A stretch of 64,000 nucleotides of DNA from Octopus sinensis (taxonomy: Eukaryota): assembly GCF_006345805.1 (NCBI RefSeq), contig NC_043010.1:2418001-2482000 (forward strand), written 5' to 3'. Each line of letters opens with the position of its first letter. Within the stretch, counting starts at the first letter, position 1. Shown here piece by piece: positions 11,884-24,942 of this stretch. A program made the translations under genes and the position numbers. A model generated the notes under the pieces. That model was not told the DNA's origin, made no database searches, and saw only the letters and a program-made list of their open reading frames with translations.

Positions 11884-12863
11884 GTGTGTGTGCATGTGTG
11901 TGCATGTGTGTGTGTGCATGCGTACATGCATACATGTGTATGTAGTCATCTATGTGTCAAATTTAATGTACATGCATCACTGAAAAGAATGTTACAGCAA
12001 TGGGACAATCTTCCTTACCCTCTGATATATATTGTTTTTAAAGCTAGCTTGTCCATAAGAAATGTTATCTCTGGATGAATACTGCAGAAAATTTGCCTTT
12101 CAAAGATGTATTTGCATCAAATATGACACTTATGTGGTTATTCCAATCCAATACCACTTCAACATTCAAACACAGTGTGAATCAGAGGAAATGAAATAAA
12201 TTTAAACATTGCAAGGTTTCAGTATGAGTGAAATAGAAATCTAAGCATTCTCTTATGATATGGATAAGCTGAAAACAAAGCAAGAAATCTCCTGATAATT
12301 TTTTATATAAGGTTTGGCGACTATTCCTCGGGGATGGCATACTCAGTCTTCTCTAACCGAACCCCTCCCACTAATCAATAGCATAGAATACACAGCTACT
12401 GCATAAAGCAAACAGATTAGACAAGCAACCTATATTTAAATAAACAACTTTATATGTCATTAAATAAATGACTAATGAAGAATAATTAATTATGGTGAGT
12501 CCTTCTCTCTCTACTATGTTGTAATCTTTGGCTCATTATTAAAATGCATCTTCATTATGTCTTTTCTTTAAGTACTTCAATGGTTCATTGCACTAATGAA
12601 CTTTTTGGCCTGCTACCTTCTGTCAAGACCTTTAAACATGTCACCTTCTCTTCCCAACTTCATCACTTCTTTGTTGAGTTCCCTATTAATCATAGGCCCT
12701 TTTGTTCTCATAGACCCTTTTCTTGAACTGCTACTATCCATCTTGTTTCTGTCTGGTCTATGATTTTCAGTCCTTTAAGTTTTCTTGCAACCGACATCAT
12801 TTGAATTTGTTGGTCGCCTTTCTTTACCCACTTTGTAGTCAGTAACACCAGGGGTAACACCAG

Positions 12864-12909
12864 GTACTAGTCTGTGATTCAGTGACTGCACTGAATCACA
12901 GACTAGTAC
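12864..12909. other. Perfect 21-bp inverted repeat with 4-nt loop
   Basis: gtactagtctgtgattcagtg-actg-cactgaatcacagactagtac. Confidence 0.95.
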
Positions 12910-13071
12910 TGAGCTACAGATCATTTGGTCCTGGTTCACACAGAAAGAATAAATTCTTCCTTTTATTTCTACTTTATTAACTATCACAATCTGCATGGTG
13001 TTTGCATTATATATGTGTTATATATGTAATAATTAAATTATATATTATGGACTTTATTGTTTTTTGCATTA

Positions 13072-13291
13072 CGAGGGGTGCCGAAAAGATCCTGGCTTTG
13101 GGTAGAAGAAAATACAAGAGGTACAGTTAATTTTAAGATTTTATTCAACATATTCCCCCTCTCAGATTCACACACTTACTGCAGCAGTCCTTCAGTTTTT
13201 GTAAGCCCAGAAAAAGAACTTCGAGAGTTGGGCCTCCAAACAGGCCCTTCACGAAACCATTAAACCCAGGAGCTTTTCAGCACCCCCCTCA
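13072..13291. mobile_element. Mariner-type MITE
   Basis: TIRs cgaggggtgccgaaaagatcctgg / ccaggagcttttcagcacccccctca; TA on both sides (13070-71, 13292-93). Confidence 0.85.
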
Positions 13292-13313
13292 TATATGTGT
13301 ATTATATATGTAA

Positions 13314-13681
13314 CTAGCACTATGACCCAGCGTTGCCGGGTCATAGTGCTAATGCATGCATATACAGCTGCGTGCGTGCGCACATACACGTGGGTACTGT
13401 CCGAATCTCCGACCAATCACATACAGCTAGCTGGCATTCAATTGGCGTATCAAGTTTCGGGCATTTTGATTGGGTTTTGGATAGAAAATTCACAAAAAAG
13501 TCACTTCTATTGATCTTTTAATGGCTTTGTGGGGTGACTGGGGAAATGTAAAGATGTGCACGACCACCCTTGGATGGTTTTGAATGACCATAGAAAGTGC
13601 GAGCCCTCTAACTGAAAAATTGTGGATTTGTATAAAGGATACACACACAGACAGACATTTTGCCGTTTATAGATATAGAGA
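13314..13681 (-). mobile_element. Non-autonomous Helitron (family H2)
   Basis: Minus strand A|TCTCTATATCTATAAA ... CTAG|T; 3' hairpin tagcactatgacccag/cgggtcatagtgcta. Confidence 0.85.
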
Positions 13682-13694
13682 TAAGTATGCAATA

Positions 13695-14002
13695 TCACGT
13701 GATCACGTGACCGACCAGACCATCAGATATTGTTACACATCGCTGGTCACAATGCGTTCGCATTGTTTTAGCCTTCGAATGACGCCACCCCGCTGGCTAA
13801 GCGAGCAGGCCAACAGAAGAAAGAGTGGGGGAAAGAGTGGTGAAAGAGTACAGCAGGGATCACCACCCCCTGCCGGAGCCTCGTGGAGCTTTTAGATGTT
13901 TTTGCTCAATAAACACACACAACGCCCGGTCTGGGAATCGAAACCACGATCCTGCGACCGCGAGTCCGCTGCCCTAACCACTAGGCCATTGCGCCTCCAC
14001 AT
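13695..14002 (-). mobile_element. tRNA-derived SINE (OR-like), tail type II, 10-bp TSD
   Basis: gtatgcaata at 13685-13694 and 14003-14012; intact A/B boxes. Confidence 0.85.
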
Positions 14003-14236
14003 GTATGCAATATATAATAATTAAATGATTTGCAGCTTATTGTGTTTTTTATGTGCATGATCCACCCAGTTCATGGAAAAACTGTTTTGCATGAAGCCGG
14101 TCTGTGGTAGAAAGAAGGCGTGTAACCACTGCCTAACATTAAAGTAGCCCCAAGCCTTGTTTGGGACAAAATCATATACAAGAAAGAGAAAAAATATAAA
14201 ATAGTAAAAAAGAGACATAAATATTATCAAACTCAC

Positions 14237-14357
14237 CGTTTGTTGTGTGTCTGGTTTTTGAATGATTGAATTAAAAGGATGTGTGGTGCTGATGTTGTCC
14301 AAAATGTCAATGATGCCATCGGTTAAGACTTCCAGAGAATGCAGCTTGCAACTCCTC
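14237..14357 (-). CDS. Candidate 121-nt exon (RSCKLHSLEVLTDGIIDILDNISTTHPFNSIIQKPDTQQT), product unknown
   Basis: ttttaaatttgtag acceptor, acg|gtgagt donor, open frame phase 2 to 0 in non-repetitive DNA. Confidence 0.3.
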
Positions 14358-14504
14358 CTACAAATTTAAAATTCATTGCAAATAGTTTGAAAATAATTAT
14401 TGCTGATTGCAAGCCTATAAATGAAACGATATTTTCCACAGTTATGAATGTATGATGTTGATAAATAAAGAGAGAAAAAAATTACACTTCCACATTAAAG
14501 ATCA

Positions 14505-14720
14505 AAGTTGTGTGCGTGAGAGAGAGAGTGTGCGTGAAAGATAATGAGAGAGAGGGAGAGAGAGAAAGTGAGGAGCACATGAGAGAGAGAGAATGCATAT
14601 GAGACAGAGCGAGAGAGAACACATGAGAGTTTGTGTGTGTGAGAGAGAGAATGTATGAGAGAGAGACAGAGTGAGTGAGTGTGTATGAGAGAGTGTGAGA
14701 GAAAGGGAATGTGTGGGGGA

Positions 14721-14765
<45 letters not shown>

Positions 14766-14780
14766 TGTGTGTGTGTGTGA
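14505..14780. repeat. (GA)/(GT) compound microsatellite
   Basis: Direct. Confidence 0.9.
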
Positions 14781-17624
14781 GAAGTTATCACATAATTCTA
14801 AAAGGTTAATATTTACAAACTTTTATTCAACCAGCAATGGTGACGTCTGGGTTCCACAAAGTAAAGATGACCACTGAATTACTTTATAGTTTTATGAATT
14901 TATCTACATGACATGTTTGATGAACAAGGAAAGTACTGGTCAACAGAGGGTCAATTTAACTGGCTAACTCCTCTCTTCCATTACAGGTCTTGAGTTTCTG
15001 TTAGAATCAGTTACATTGTATATGCATAAGCAATGGACTACTGCATCTTGGGAAGGTCATTATGCCAATAATAAACACATGCACAGGTTCTTTGTCACTT
15101 CTTTTATCATTACTAGCCAATCAACACATTAACTGCCACGTGTACCACCAGTGTTTCATTGTAAACTTCACACAATCACCATATGCATTGACTGGTGATG
15201 AATTTTCATAATTTGAGAGAATATTTTATTTTGTGTCTTTGACATGGTTTCAAAGATATTTAAATAACATGAGTGTTAAATGTTAAAGTTTAACCAGGAA
15301 ATATTGTAAAAATGCAAAAAAACAATAACATTTACTTGCAATTAAACAGTATGTTGCATGACCATGCTAAATACGCAGGGTCACCATTAAGTTGCAGTAA
15401 TAGGCCATGGCAGTTGACATGTTGTAAATAGTAGGATGGTAGAAATGTTACCATACCAAACTAGGACACTTAGCACTATTTCTTTCAGCTCTTTACATTC
15501 TGAGTTGAAATGCTTCCAAAGTTGACCATGCTTTTCATCCTTTTGGGGTAAATAAAATAAGTACCAGGTGAACACTGGGGAGGGGGGGGGTCAATGAAAT
15601 AAAATTTCTGGGCCTGTGCCAAATTTTGGAACTATTGAGAGAGAGAGGGAGAAAGAGAGAAAGAGAGAGAGAGATAGTGTGTGTGTGTGTGTGGTGGGGG
15701 TGTTGCTAGGTTAAATGTTAACTAATTGACTGATAATAATAATGAAAGAAGTGAAATAAAATCAGAGTGTGTTTGTTGTTGGCATTATGACTCTCTTGAG
15801 AAACAATAAAATCTGCTTCAATACATAGTTTCCCATCAAGAATCTTGGAAACCAAACACAAAAGCAAAACATAAATAACATAGTTTTCCTCCAAAAAACA
15901 CTTTAGGGTATGATTCTTAACAATTTGGTTGTTACGCAGCCCAAAATTGATAAAAATCACAATTACTGCCTTAAAAATTAGGAACAACACATTAGATAAC
16001 ATACATTTAGATACAACAATATGGACTAAAGAACAGCAGAGATGGCCATGACTGGAAACCATTTTATCATAGCACTGTTTAGACAGGACTGACCAGGAAC
16101 TAAACATCAAGAGGAACTAGCATAAAAGCCTCAACATGTTTACTTGTCTTACTGAAAATAATAGTCAAATCTTCCTTAAAATATAGATATTTCTTAGAAA
16201 AAAAGAAAGGCATTTTAATTTATGAAATTCTAAGACAGACTCTATCTGAAACAGACAACATGGTCACAGCTGAGAAATCTTTGGACAGAAGCCTGCTTAA
16301 TCAGGAGTGGTTAGAAGTGATGACGGCTAAACCATCACAAGTCTAAAATTGTTTTTCAGCAAACTAATTATGCTGCTGTAAAAAGTGAATTATTAATTTG
16401 CTGAAGTGCTTCTCCAATTATGTTTTTTTATTCATAATCAATATTGCAATAAGTGTTATTTATTGTAGGAATCTTAAACATGTTCCACAGTATTATATAT
16501 ATATATATATATATATACAATCATCATTAAGTGTGACTAAGGGTGCCGACACACCTACATTGCAGCAGCACCCTTATTCACTCTTAATCATAGGTAAATT
16601 TTTCCAGGAAAAATTTACCTGAAATTTACCTGAAATTTTTCCAAGTGAAATTGTAGTTATGGATAGTACTGGTGACACGTATAAGACACATATGACGGTG
16701 ACACATAAAAGGCATCTATGATGGTGACATGTAAAAGGCACCCATAACAGGGACACATAAAAGCACCCATATTGGTGACATGTAAAAGGCACCTACAAAA
16801 CTCTTGCAGTGGTTGGTGTTAGAAAGAGCATCCAGCCATAGAAACCAAGCCAAAACCAGACTAAGCCTGGTACAGTCCCCAGGCTCACCAGCTCCAGTCA
16901 AACCATCTAACTCATGCCACCATGGAAAACAGACACTAAATGATGATGATTATATATATATAATCATCATCGGATCATGTCTTGATCAGAGCCTTAAACG
17001 ATTGTAATTTGTAATAAGATTATCAAATTCTCACTGCAAACTGAGAAATCCCTTGTAAATTTTACAGCATTCCTGTTGTCTCCAACAAAGAGCTGAATCT
17101 ATAGACAAATACTATTTGCAGTTAAACAGACAGAGCCAAGAAAATTTGTTTTTGTCATAGATACAGTGGTGACAGTGTTGTTGGTGGTGGTGGTACATAA
17201 GAAGTGGTATCTTTTGGTTTGATATGCTAATGCTAAAATCTTATCAATGCAACTACCTTCCACAGACTCACTTAGTACAAATATTTAGCTAAAAGATTTA
17301 CGGCACCAGTATGGAATAGCAATGTATCCAATATCGCATAAATACCGGAAAGAAATTGTTCAAAGATATTTTTCTATCTATATTTAATGATAAATATTTG
17401 TACAAGCCTCAGAGATTCACCGATAAGGCTGCTTGGTTGGTTGCTTGGTTGGTTGGTTTTAGAAGTGAGATAGATCACTCTAGGATAGGATACATGACTG
17501 TCAATACTATGATCACTTTCTTCAGCAAAGACATAAGAGCCAACATGCATAGAAGGAGATTAATGCCAGGCTGTTATAGGTAACAAATTAGCAAAGTTGT
17601 GAGAGAAGTGGATGAAATACCTCT

Positions 17625-18050
17625 TACTCTTTTTCTCTTTTACTTGTTTCAGTCATTTGACTGTGGCCATACTGGAGCACCACCTTGAAGAATTTTAGTC
17701 AAACAAATCGACCCAAGGACTTCTTTTTAAATTTTTTTTTAAAGTCTAGTACTTATTCTATCAGCCTCTATTACAAAGCTGCTACGTTATAGGGACATAA
17801 ACACACCAACACCAATTGTCAAGTGGTGATGGGTGGACAAACACAGACACACACACACACACACATACTCACACACACAAACACACACAATGGGCTTCTT
17901 CCAGTTTCCGTCTACCAAATCCACACACAAGGTTTTGGTCATCCTAAGGTTATTATAGAAGGCACTTGCCCAAGGTGCAACACAGTGGAACTGAACCCTG
18001 AATCATGTGGTTAGGAAGCAAGCTTCTTACCCCACAGCCATGCTTGCATC
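17625..18050 (-). mobile_element. SINE family B
   Basis: Tail, internal (CA)n and head recognisable. Confidence 0.8.
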
Positions 18051-20888
18051 TTGTCATACATATTTATTTTGGTTTCTTGCATTCTGAGTTCCAATCCTGC
18101 CATGGCCTACACATATGGTCAACTTAATCCATCACCCAGTTTAACATCATTATCTGGTCTTTGGGTGTTTGTAGGAGAATATACTACGTTGCAAGCAGTC
18201 AGGTCTGATCTCCTACTGGAGTATACCATTGTCTCTCCCTCCTTTCTTTCAACCAGTCTCAGAGGCCCTTTAAAAGGGTTACAGCACTGCCCTTCTCCTT
18301 TGGCTATGCAATAAAATAAATTAACATTTGTCACCACTTAAAAGTGGTTGTTGTGTTAGAATACAGAATACTGAGGTAGTTACTATGAGAGAACCTCACA
18401 TATATAGTTTTGTGGTGCATATAGGCATTCTCATTTACATTGCCAGTGGGAGTGGTGAGAAATAATACCTTTTGGTCTAAATACTGATTCTGTTGCTATT
18501 AATAATTTTAAAATAAATCGTTTTAACTATAAAAATTTCTTCTGAAGATGCATGAAAGCCAAAACATGCCAAAGAGAATAACAAGTAATACAATCCATAT
18601 TTCTTGTATTGGTAAAAAGCATGAGATTTTTAGACAAGGTGGAAATTGGAAGTTGTGTTTATTCATGGCTTTTCTACAGACAATAATAATGTAAGTGAAG
18701 CAAAATGTTCCAACTGGGAATTGAAAGCACAAGTAAATTCTATATGGGTAAGTAAATCGGTATGAATGATGATATCCTGTGCTGATAGGTTATGTTGGTA
18801 AACTGTGATGACAGCCATAGGATTCAAAGTTGTTGACCAAAGCTGAATTAGATTCCATTACGTTATTGCTTTTATTTTTTTTTCTATCTAAGGATTATAT
18901 TTTACATGTATATTTATATGCTTTATGTCCTTCTACATATTATCAGTACATTTATTCAGATAATCCTCCACAATCTGTGCATTACGATTATCTTTTTGTT
19001 TTGTTTTGTTTTGTTTGTTTGTTTTTTTTGTTTTATTTCTATTTTTTTTGTTCTGTTTTTGTTTCAAATGCTTTTTGTACATTATGAGCAGCATTCTGCC
19101 TGACCATTATAAACATGTGTGTGTGTGTGTGTGATATCACCATCATCATCATTTTAATGTCCACTTTTCTACGCTTGCATGGGTTGGACAGAATTTGTCG
19201 ATGTGAATTTTCAATAGCTGGGTGCTCTTCCTGTAGCTAACATTTAACTGTTTTTATGCATAGTAACATTTCCCCCAAAACTGAGGCATTTTCTAAGGCA
19301 GAGTGGCAACAAAGGACACTGTTTGCATGATAGTGATGTTTACAACTATCATGTGATGTCACAGCAAGGAGACAGTAATATGCACACACACACAAACACA
19401 CACATACATACATACATACACACACATATAAAGGGCTTTTCAGGTTCCATCATCCGAATTCACTCCTTGCTTGGCCTGGATCTATACTATAAAATACCAC
19501 TATTTTACCTTAAGTTTGCCTGATTTTCTATTCTAGTGTCTTGGAAATTCCAGAAGACGTGAGGTCTAAGTCATTTATCGGTGGGTATATATACAGTAGT
19601 ATATGTATATATATACTTTCACTGGTCTCAATCACTAGAAGGCAGCTATTCTAGGACACCATCGAGGATTTTACTCAGTTATAGCAATTTAAACTATTCA
19701 GAACACACACACAGATGCATGTTGTGTGTGTGTGTGTGTGTGTAAATATACGCATTTCCTGCATGGCACACACATATACAAACTCACACACATATACATT
19801 CATATATTTTGAACCAGACAGCTATGCATAAGTCTAGTGCTAAGTAAAATTAAAGAATTATCATTATTTATTATTATTATTTTGCTTTTGAAATACAATT
19901 TTTGGAACAACTTATTTGATATTATTAATTATTTATCTCAATTTAATACAACAACTCATGTATTTGGCAAGATATAATTTTTATAAAATATATATATATT
20001 TTTTTTAATATAAAATCAGTTACACATAAAACAAGATTGAGTAGAATATTTTCATCTGCAGATTAGTACATAGCAACACAATTACTTTTAAATATTGCCA
20101 TATACACTACAAGCCGAATACAGTCAATAGATAGTGTTAAAGAAGACAGAGAACAATGAAGCAATTATAGGCAAGTGAGATCCCTTTTCTCCCATCTTGC
20201 TGAGATCTTACCAACTTCTCTGGTGTTAGTACCATGAGAATATGGACCCAGTTCGCTTTGTAGAGTGGATAAGATGTTTTTGGTATAGCCATTTTGACAC
20301 TGCCTATCTTTCATTGCTGATTCAATGCTGACTTATTTGACATCAGATATCGAATGTCTTTCCCTTATTTTCTGTCTCTCACACTTCTCTGATTTTTGTG
20401 TGTGAGCATTAAAGGAAATATGCTCAGATATTTCCTTTATGTCTACGAGGAGAGGAAAAGTGTTCAACTCATAGATTGTAATGTTTTTATCTTTTCCTTT
20501 ATCTCTCTCTCTCACTCTCTTTCTTTCTTTCTCTCTCTTGCCTTCAATCTTTCTATATGTCACCACCAACACCAACACCATCACCATCATCATCTTTTTT
20601 ATCATCCATTTTTCATTGCCTAAATGGGTGAGATGGAATTTGCTGAGACAGATTTTATATGGCTGGATGCGTGTCATCCAAGCCTCACCAGTTTCCAAGT
20701 AAGGTAATGTTTCCCCATGACCAGGAAGGTTTCCATGGAAGACTGGAAATGAAGGACACCACATGCATGTTGGTGACACGCATTTACAAATATCACACGG
20801 TCAAAGCAAGGAGGAAGTAACACACACACACATACAGACATAAACACACACATGTACATTCACACACACACACATATATATATATATA

Positions 20889-21092
20889 GGGAGAGTTCAG
20901 GAAAAAACAAAAGACAAAGACAGGTGGTGTACAAAATAAACAGATGTATTAGTATAACGCTCAGGAATTGAAAGAGTTGTTTATGTTTCAAGCCTACGCT
21001 CTTCTACAGAAAGGGACACAGAAAAAAACATGGAGAGAAACAAGGAGAGAAGAAAAAAATGTGTAGTGGCTACAGATCTATCATAGCGACTG
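20889..21092 (-). mobile_element. (TA)n-flanked short element with degenerate hammerhead core (Penelope-like terminus)
   Basis: TA runs both sides; minus strand CUGUAGA-A-GAGC-guag-GCUU-GAAAC at about 20985-21009. Confidence 0.55.
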
Positions 21093-21126
<34 letters not shown>

Positions 21127-21837
21127 TGTCATCACCATCATCATCATTGTCATCATCATTGTCATCATCATTATCATTTAGCATCTGCTTTCCTGTGAGC
21201 ATGGGTTAGATGGTTTGACTGAAGCTGGAGAGCTGCACCAAGATCCAGTTTCCTTTGGCATGGTTTCTATAGCTGAATGTCCTTCCTAACGCCAACCACT
21301 TCAAGAGTGTCATGGGTGCTTTTTAAGTGCAACTGGTACAGGTGCCAGTCACATGACACCAGCGTCAGCCAGCAGCTGCAATTTCATTCGGCTTGATGAG
21401 TTTTCTCAAGCACAGCATATCACCACAGGTCTCAGTCACTTGTCCTCACAATGGGCTTCTATCAGTTTTCTTCTACCATATCCATTTACAAGGCTTTGGT
21501 CAACTAGGGGCTATTGTAGAAAACACTTGCCCAAGACTCCACACGGAGCTGAACTCAGAACCATGTGGTTTGAAAGCAAACATCTAACCACTCAGCCATA
21601 TCTGTGTCTGCATCTTTATCTTCATGTGTATATATTTCTGCCTATGCACATGTGTGTTTGCCTCCAGTGCCAAAATATACACTCACTAAATCAGGGTCAG
21701 TGTCTAGTTAGTCATGCCAAATTGCCAGTGTCCATACAGCCATACCCCCATTCATCTTATTCCATTCTTTAGAGTGGATGGTGATAGGAAGAGAATGGAA
21801 ACCAAACCAAAATAACATGAAGAGGCATCAGTCTTAA

Positions 21838-22232
21838 ACAGAGTGGCTGTGTGGTAAGTAGCTTGCTAACCAACCACATGGTTCCGGGTTCAGTCCCACT
21901 GCGTGGCATCTTGGGCAAGTGTCTCCTGCTATAGCCTCGGGCCGACCAAAGCCTTGTGAGTGGATTTGGTAGACGGAAACCGAAAGAAGCCTGTCGTATA
22001 TATGTATATATGTATGTGTGTGTGTGTGTTTGTGTGTCGGTGTTTGTCTCCCTAGCATTGCTTGACAACCGATGCTGGTGTGTTTACATCCCCGTCACTT
22101 AGCGGTTCGGCAAAAGAGACCGATAGAATAAGTACTGGGCTTACAAAGAATAAGTCCCGGGGTCGATTTGCTCGACTAAAGGCAGTGCTCCAGCATGGCC
22201 ACAGTCAAATGACTGAAAAGAGTTAAAGAGTA
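21838..22232 (+). mobile_element. SINE family B, near-consensus
   Basis: Complete copy. Confidence 0.9.
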
Positions 22233-24210
22233 AAGGGTAGAGTAGTGGGTCTTAATATGAAATGACTTCAATCATGAAGACCAGTGCAACCTATGATACA
22301 GCACAGAGGTGATCATGATGATGATGATGCCAGTTATAATATTTTATGTCATTTACAAGGCAGTGAGCTGGCAGAAGCATTAGCACACCAGACAAAATAC
22401 ACAGCAGTATTTCGTCTGTCATTACTTTCTGAGTTCAAATTCTGCTGAGGTCGACTTAGCTTTTCATCCTTATGGGGGTTGATAAATTAAGTACCGTTTG
22501 CATAGTGGGGTCGATCTCTCCCAAAATTTTGGGCCTTGTGCCTAGAGTAGAATAGAATATTTTACATCTTTTACGTTTTACTTGTTTCAGCCATTAAAAT
22601 GTGGCCATGCTGGGGCACTGCCTTGGAGGGTTTTTGTCGAACAACTTGTTCCTAGTACTTATTTTTTAAAGCCTGGTGCTTATTCTATTGGTCTCTTTTG
22701 CCAAAACTGCTACATTACAGGGATGTAAACAAACCAACTCTGATAGTCAGTTGGGTAGAGAGGGGTAGACAAACATAAACACACATATATGTAAATACAC
22801 ACACACACACAACAGGCTTCCACACAGTTTCTGTGTACCAAATTCACTCACAAGCACTTTATCAGAAGTCACTTGCCCAAGGTGCCATGCAGTGAGACTA
22901 GACCCAAAACCATGTGATTGCAAAGTAAGCTTCTGAACTATGGAGCCACATGAAAAATATATTGAAATATAGACTAAATTTTTGTTTATTCTTTTACTGG
23001 TCAAATTCAGTGGACTGCCGCTATGCTAGGACACCAACGCCAAAGATATAGGCAAATATATTGGTCATTACTAGACACTACATTGGTCATTACTAGTAAT
23101 ATAATTTCTTTCAGATATTTCTGTTTATAATAATTGATATCATAAAATATTTCCAAATAATAGTTCTACAAGCAAGTCGCTTGCTATGTTGGACTGGAAG
23201 AACATTCAGAGACGTGATTTGCTTCTTGCAAGACATTTCATAAACATGACTAATGATAATTAATCAAAAAACTTTATTAATCTTCTCAAATATATAACAT
23301 GAAACTTCGTTAAAGTTCAGTTCTTCGTTATTTTGCAAACATGCAAACTCGAGTCATAAAATATATAATCATGCGACTAACCCAAACTCTCAAAAATTCC
23401 AGCCTTGTGCCAAAATTTCAAACCATTAATTGCCTTAATACATTTTTTGCAATATAATTATCAGGTCAGCAAGGGTGGCATGTGTCTTAACGTGCTGAGC
23501 AGTAATTAATTTTATTGATTAATGGCCAAGTTCAAATCCTGCCAATCAGTTTCAGCATAGTATTTTATCCCACCACTGGTCTGCAAAACATATTTACTAT
23601 ATTCATTTCAATAGACTACAATTGCTCTAACACACCACGTGTGTGTGTGTGTGTGTGTGTATTACATAATGCAAAAGAAATCTATAAAAAGTCAAGGGGT
23701 CAGCAACTGACAGAGGTACATGAAAACCCAGGTAACAGGTTGGGCACAGATGACAACAAGCAGCTCTTTTGCTTACCATTTAGGACAGTCATGAGAAAAT
23801 TGTGACCCATAGGAATGCACACCTAATTAGAAGTGCAGTCTGCCTAACAACATGCCAGGACTCATACAGCCTATTCCTTTATAAAGATCACCCGTGACTG
23901 ATATAGGATATCTTTTTAATCTCTTATTCATTTACTTGGTCTATGGCTATGCTAAGGTACTGATTGTAAGTCATAGTTGAATAGATATACCTACATTCTT
24001 GATGGGTAATTATTTTATTTGTTTATATGATGTGCCTATGTATACCCGATTAATGTAGATAATATGTATATAGATGTAGGTATGGCTGTGTAGTAAAGGG
24101 TTTACTGTCCAATTACAGGGTTTGGGGTTGAGTTCCATTGTGTAGCACCTCGGGCTAAGCCTTATGAATGGACTTGGTAGGCAGAAATTGAAAGAAAACT
24201 GTTGTATATT

Positions 24211-24241
<31 letters not shown>

Positions 24242-24453
24242 CTTTGTCCCTCAGTACACTGCCTGACAACGGATGTTGGTTTGTTTACATCCCTGTAACT
24301 TAGCAGTTCAGCAAAAAAGGACAAATAAAATAAGTAACAAGCTTAAAAGAAAGTGCTGAGGCTGGTTCGTTTGACTAAAAATTCTCCAAGGTGGTGCCTC
24401 ACTATGTCCGCACTCTAATAACTGAAACAAGTAAAAGATAAAAGATATATATA

Positions 24454-24661
24454 AAGTAACCCCTTGCCATATCGTGGTTCATCTATCACACTACACTCAG
24501 TACATCACAGATTTTTCTGGCTAATATATGTAAATTTACATCGTGGATTTCTCAGTATATCTGGGTTTCTGCAACCAATAGGTATTTATATTTTTTTAGA
24601 TTTTAATTATTTCTGTGGGACGTTTTGGAATGTAACAACCATGATAGTTGAGGGATTACTG
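24454..24661. mobile_element. pogo/Tigger-like MITE
   Basis: Imperfect TIRs aagtaaccccttgccatatcgtggtt / aaccatgatagttgagggattactg, TA flanks. Confidence 0.6.
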
Positions 24662-24910
24662 TATATATATATATGGTCAGTAGTTCATATATCCAAAAAA
24701 TAAGCACACTCTAAAGCAGTAGAGCAGTAATGTATATATACATACATATACATCTTTATATATTAATATATTTTATATGTAAAGCATAATATGTTATACA
24801 TGTATGTATATTCTTGCAATTGTCATTTTAATAAATAAATAAATAAGTTAACATAATATAATGTCTAAGAGTTGATGAACCACCTATTGATCCCCTCCAT
24901 TTTCTTATTG

Positions 24911-24942
<32 letters not shown>

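Noticed and set aside
12544-12996. Semi-open minus frame around the hairpin
   Set aside because: In-frame stop, weak splice signals, no recognisable homology
18227-20314. MKDRQCQNG.. (20314-20212) spliced to AKGEGQCCNPF.. (18303-18227)
   Set aside because: Phase-compatible but the second donor is weak, and joining to the 14357 exon gives an early stop; kept only as a mention
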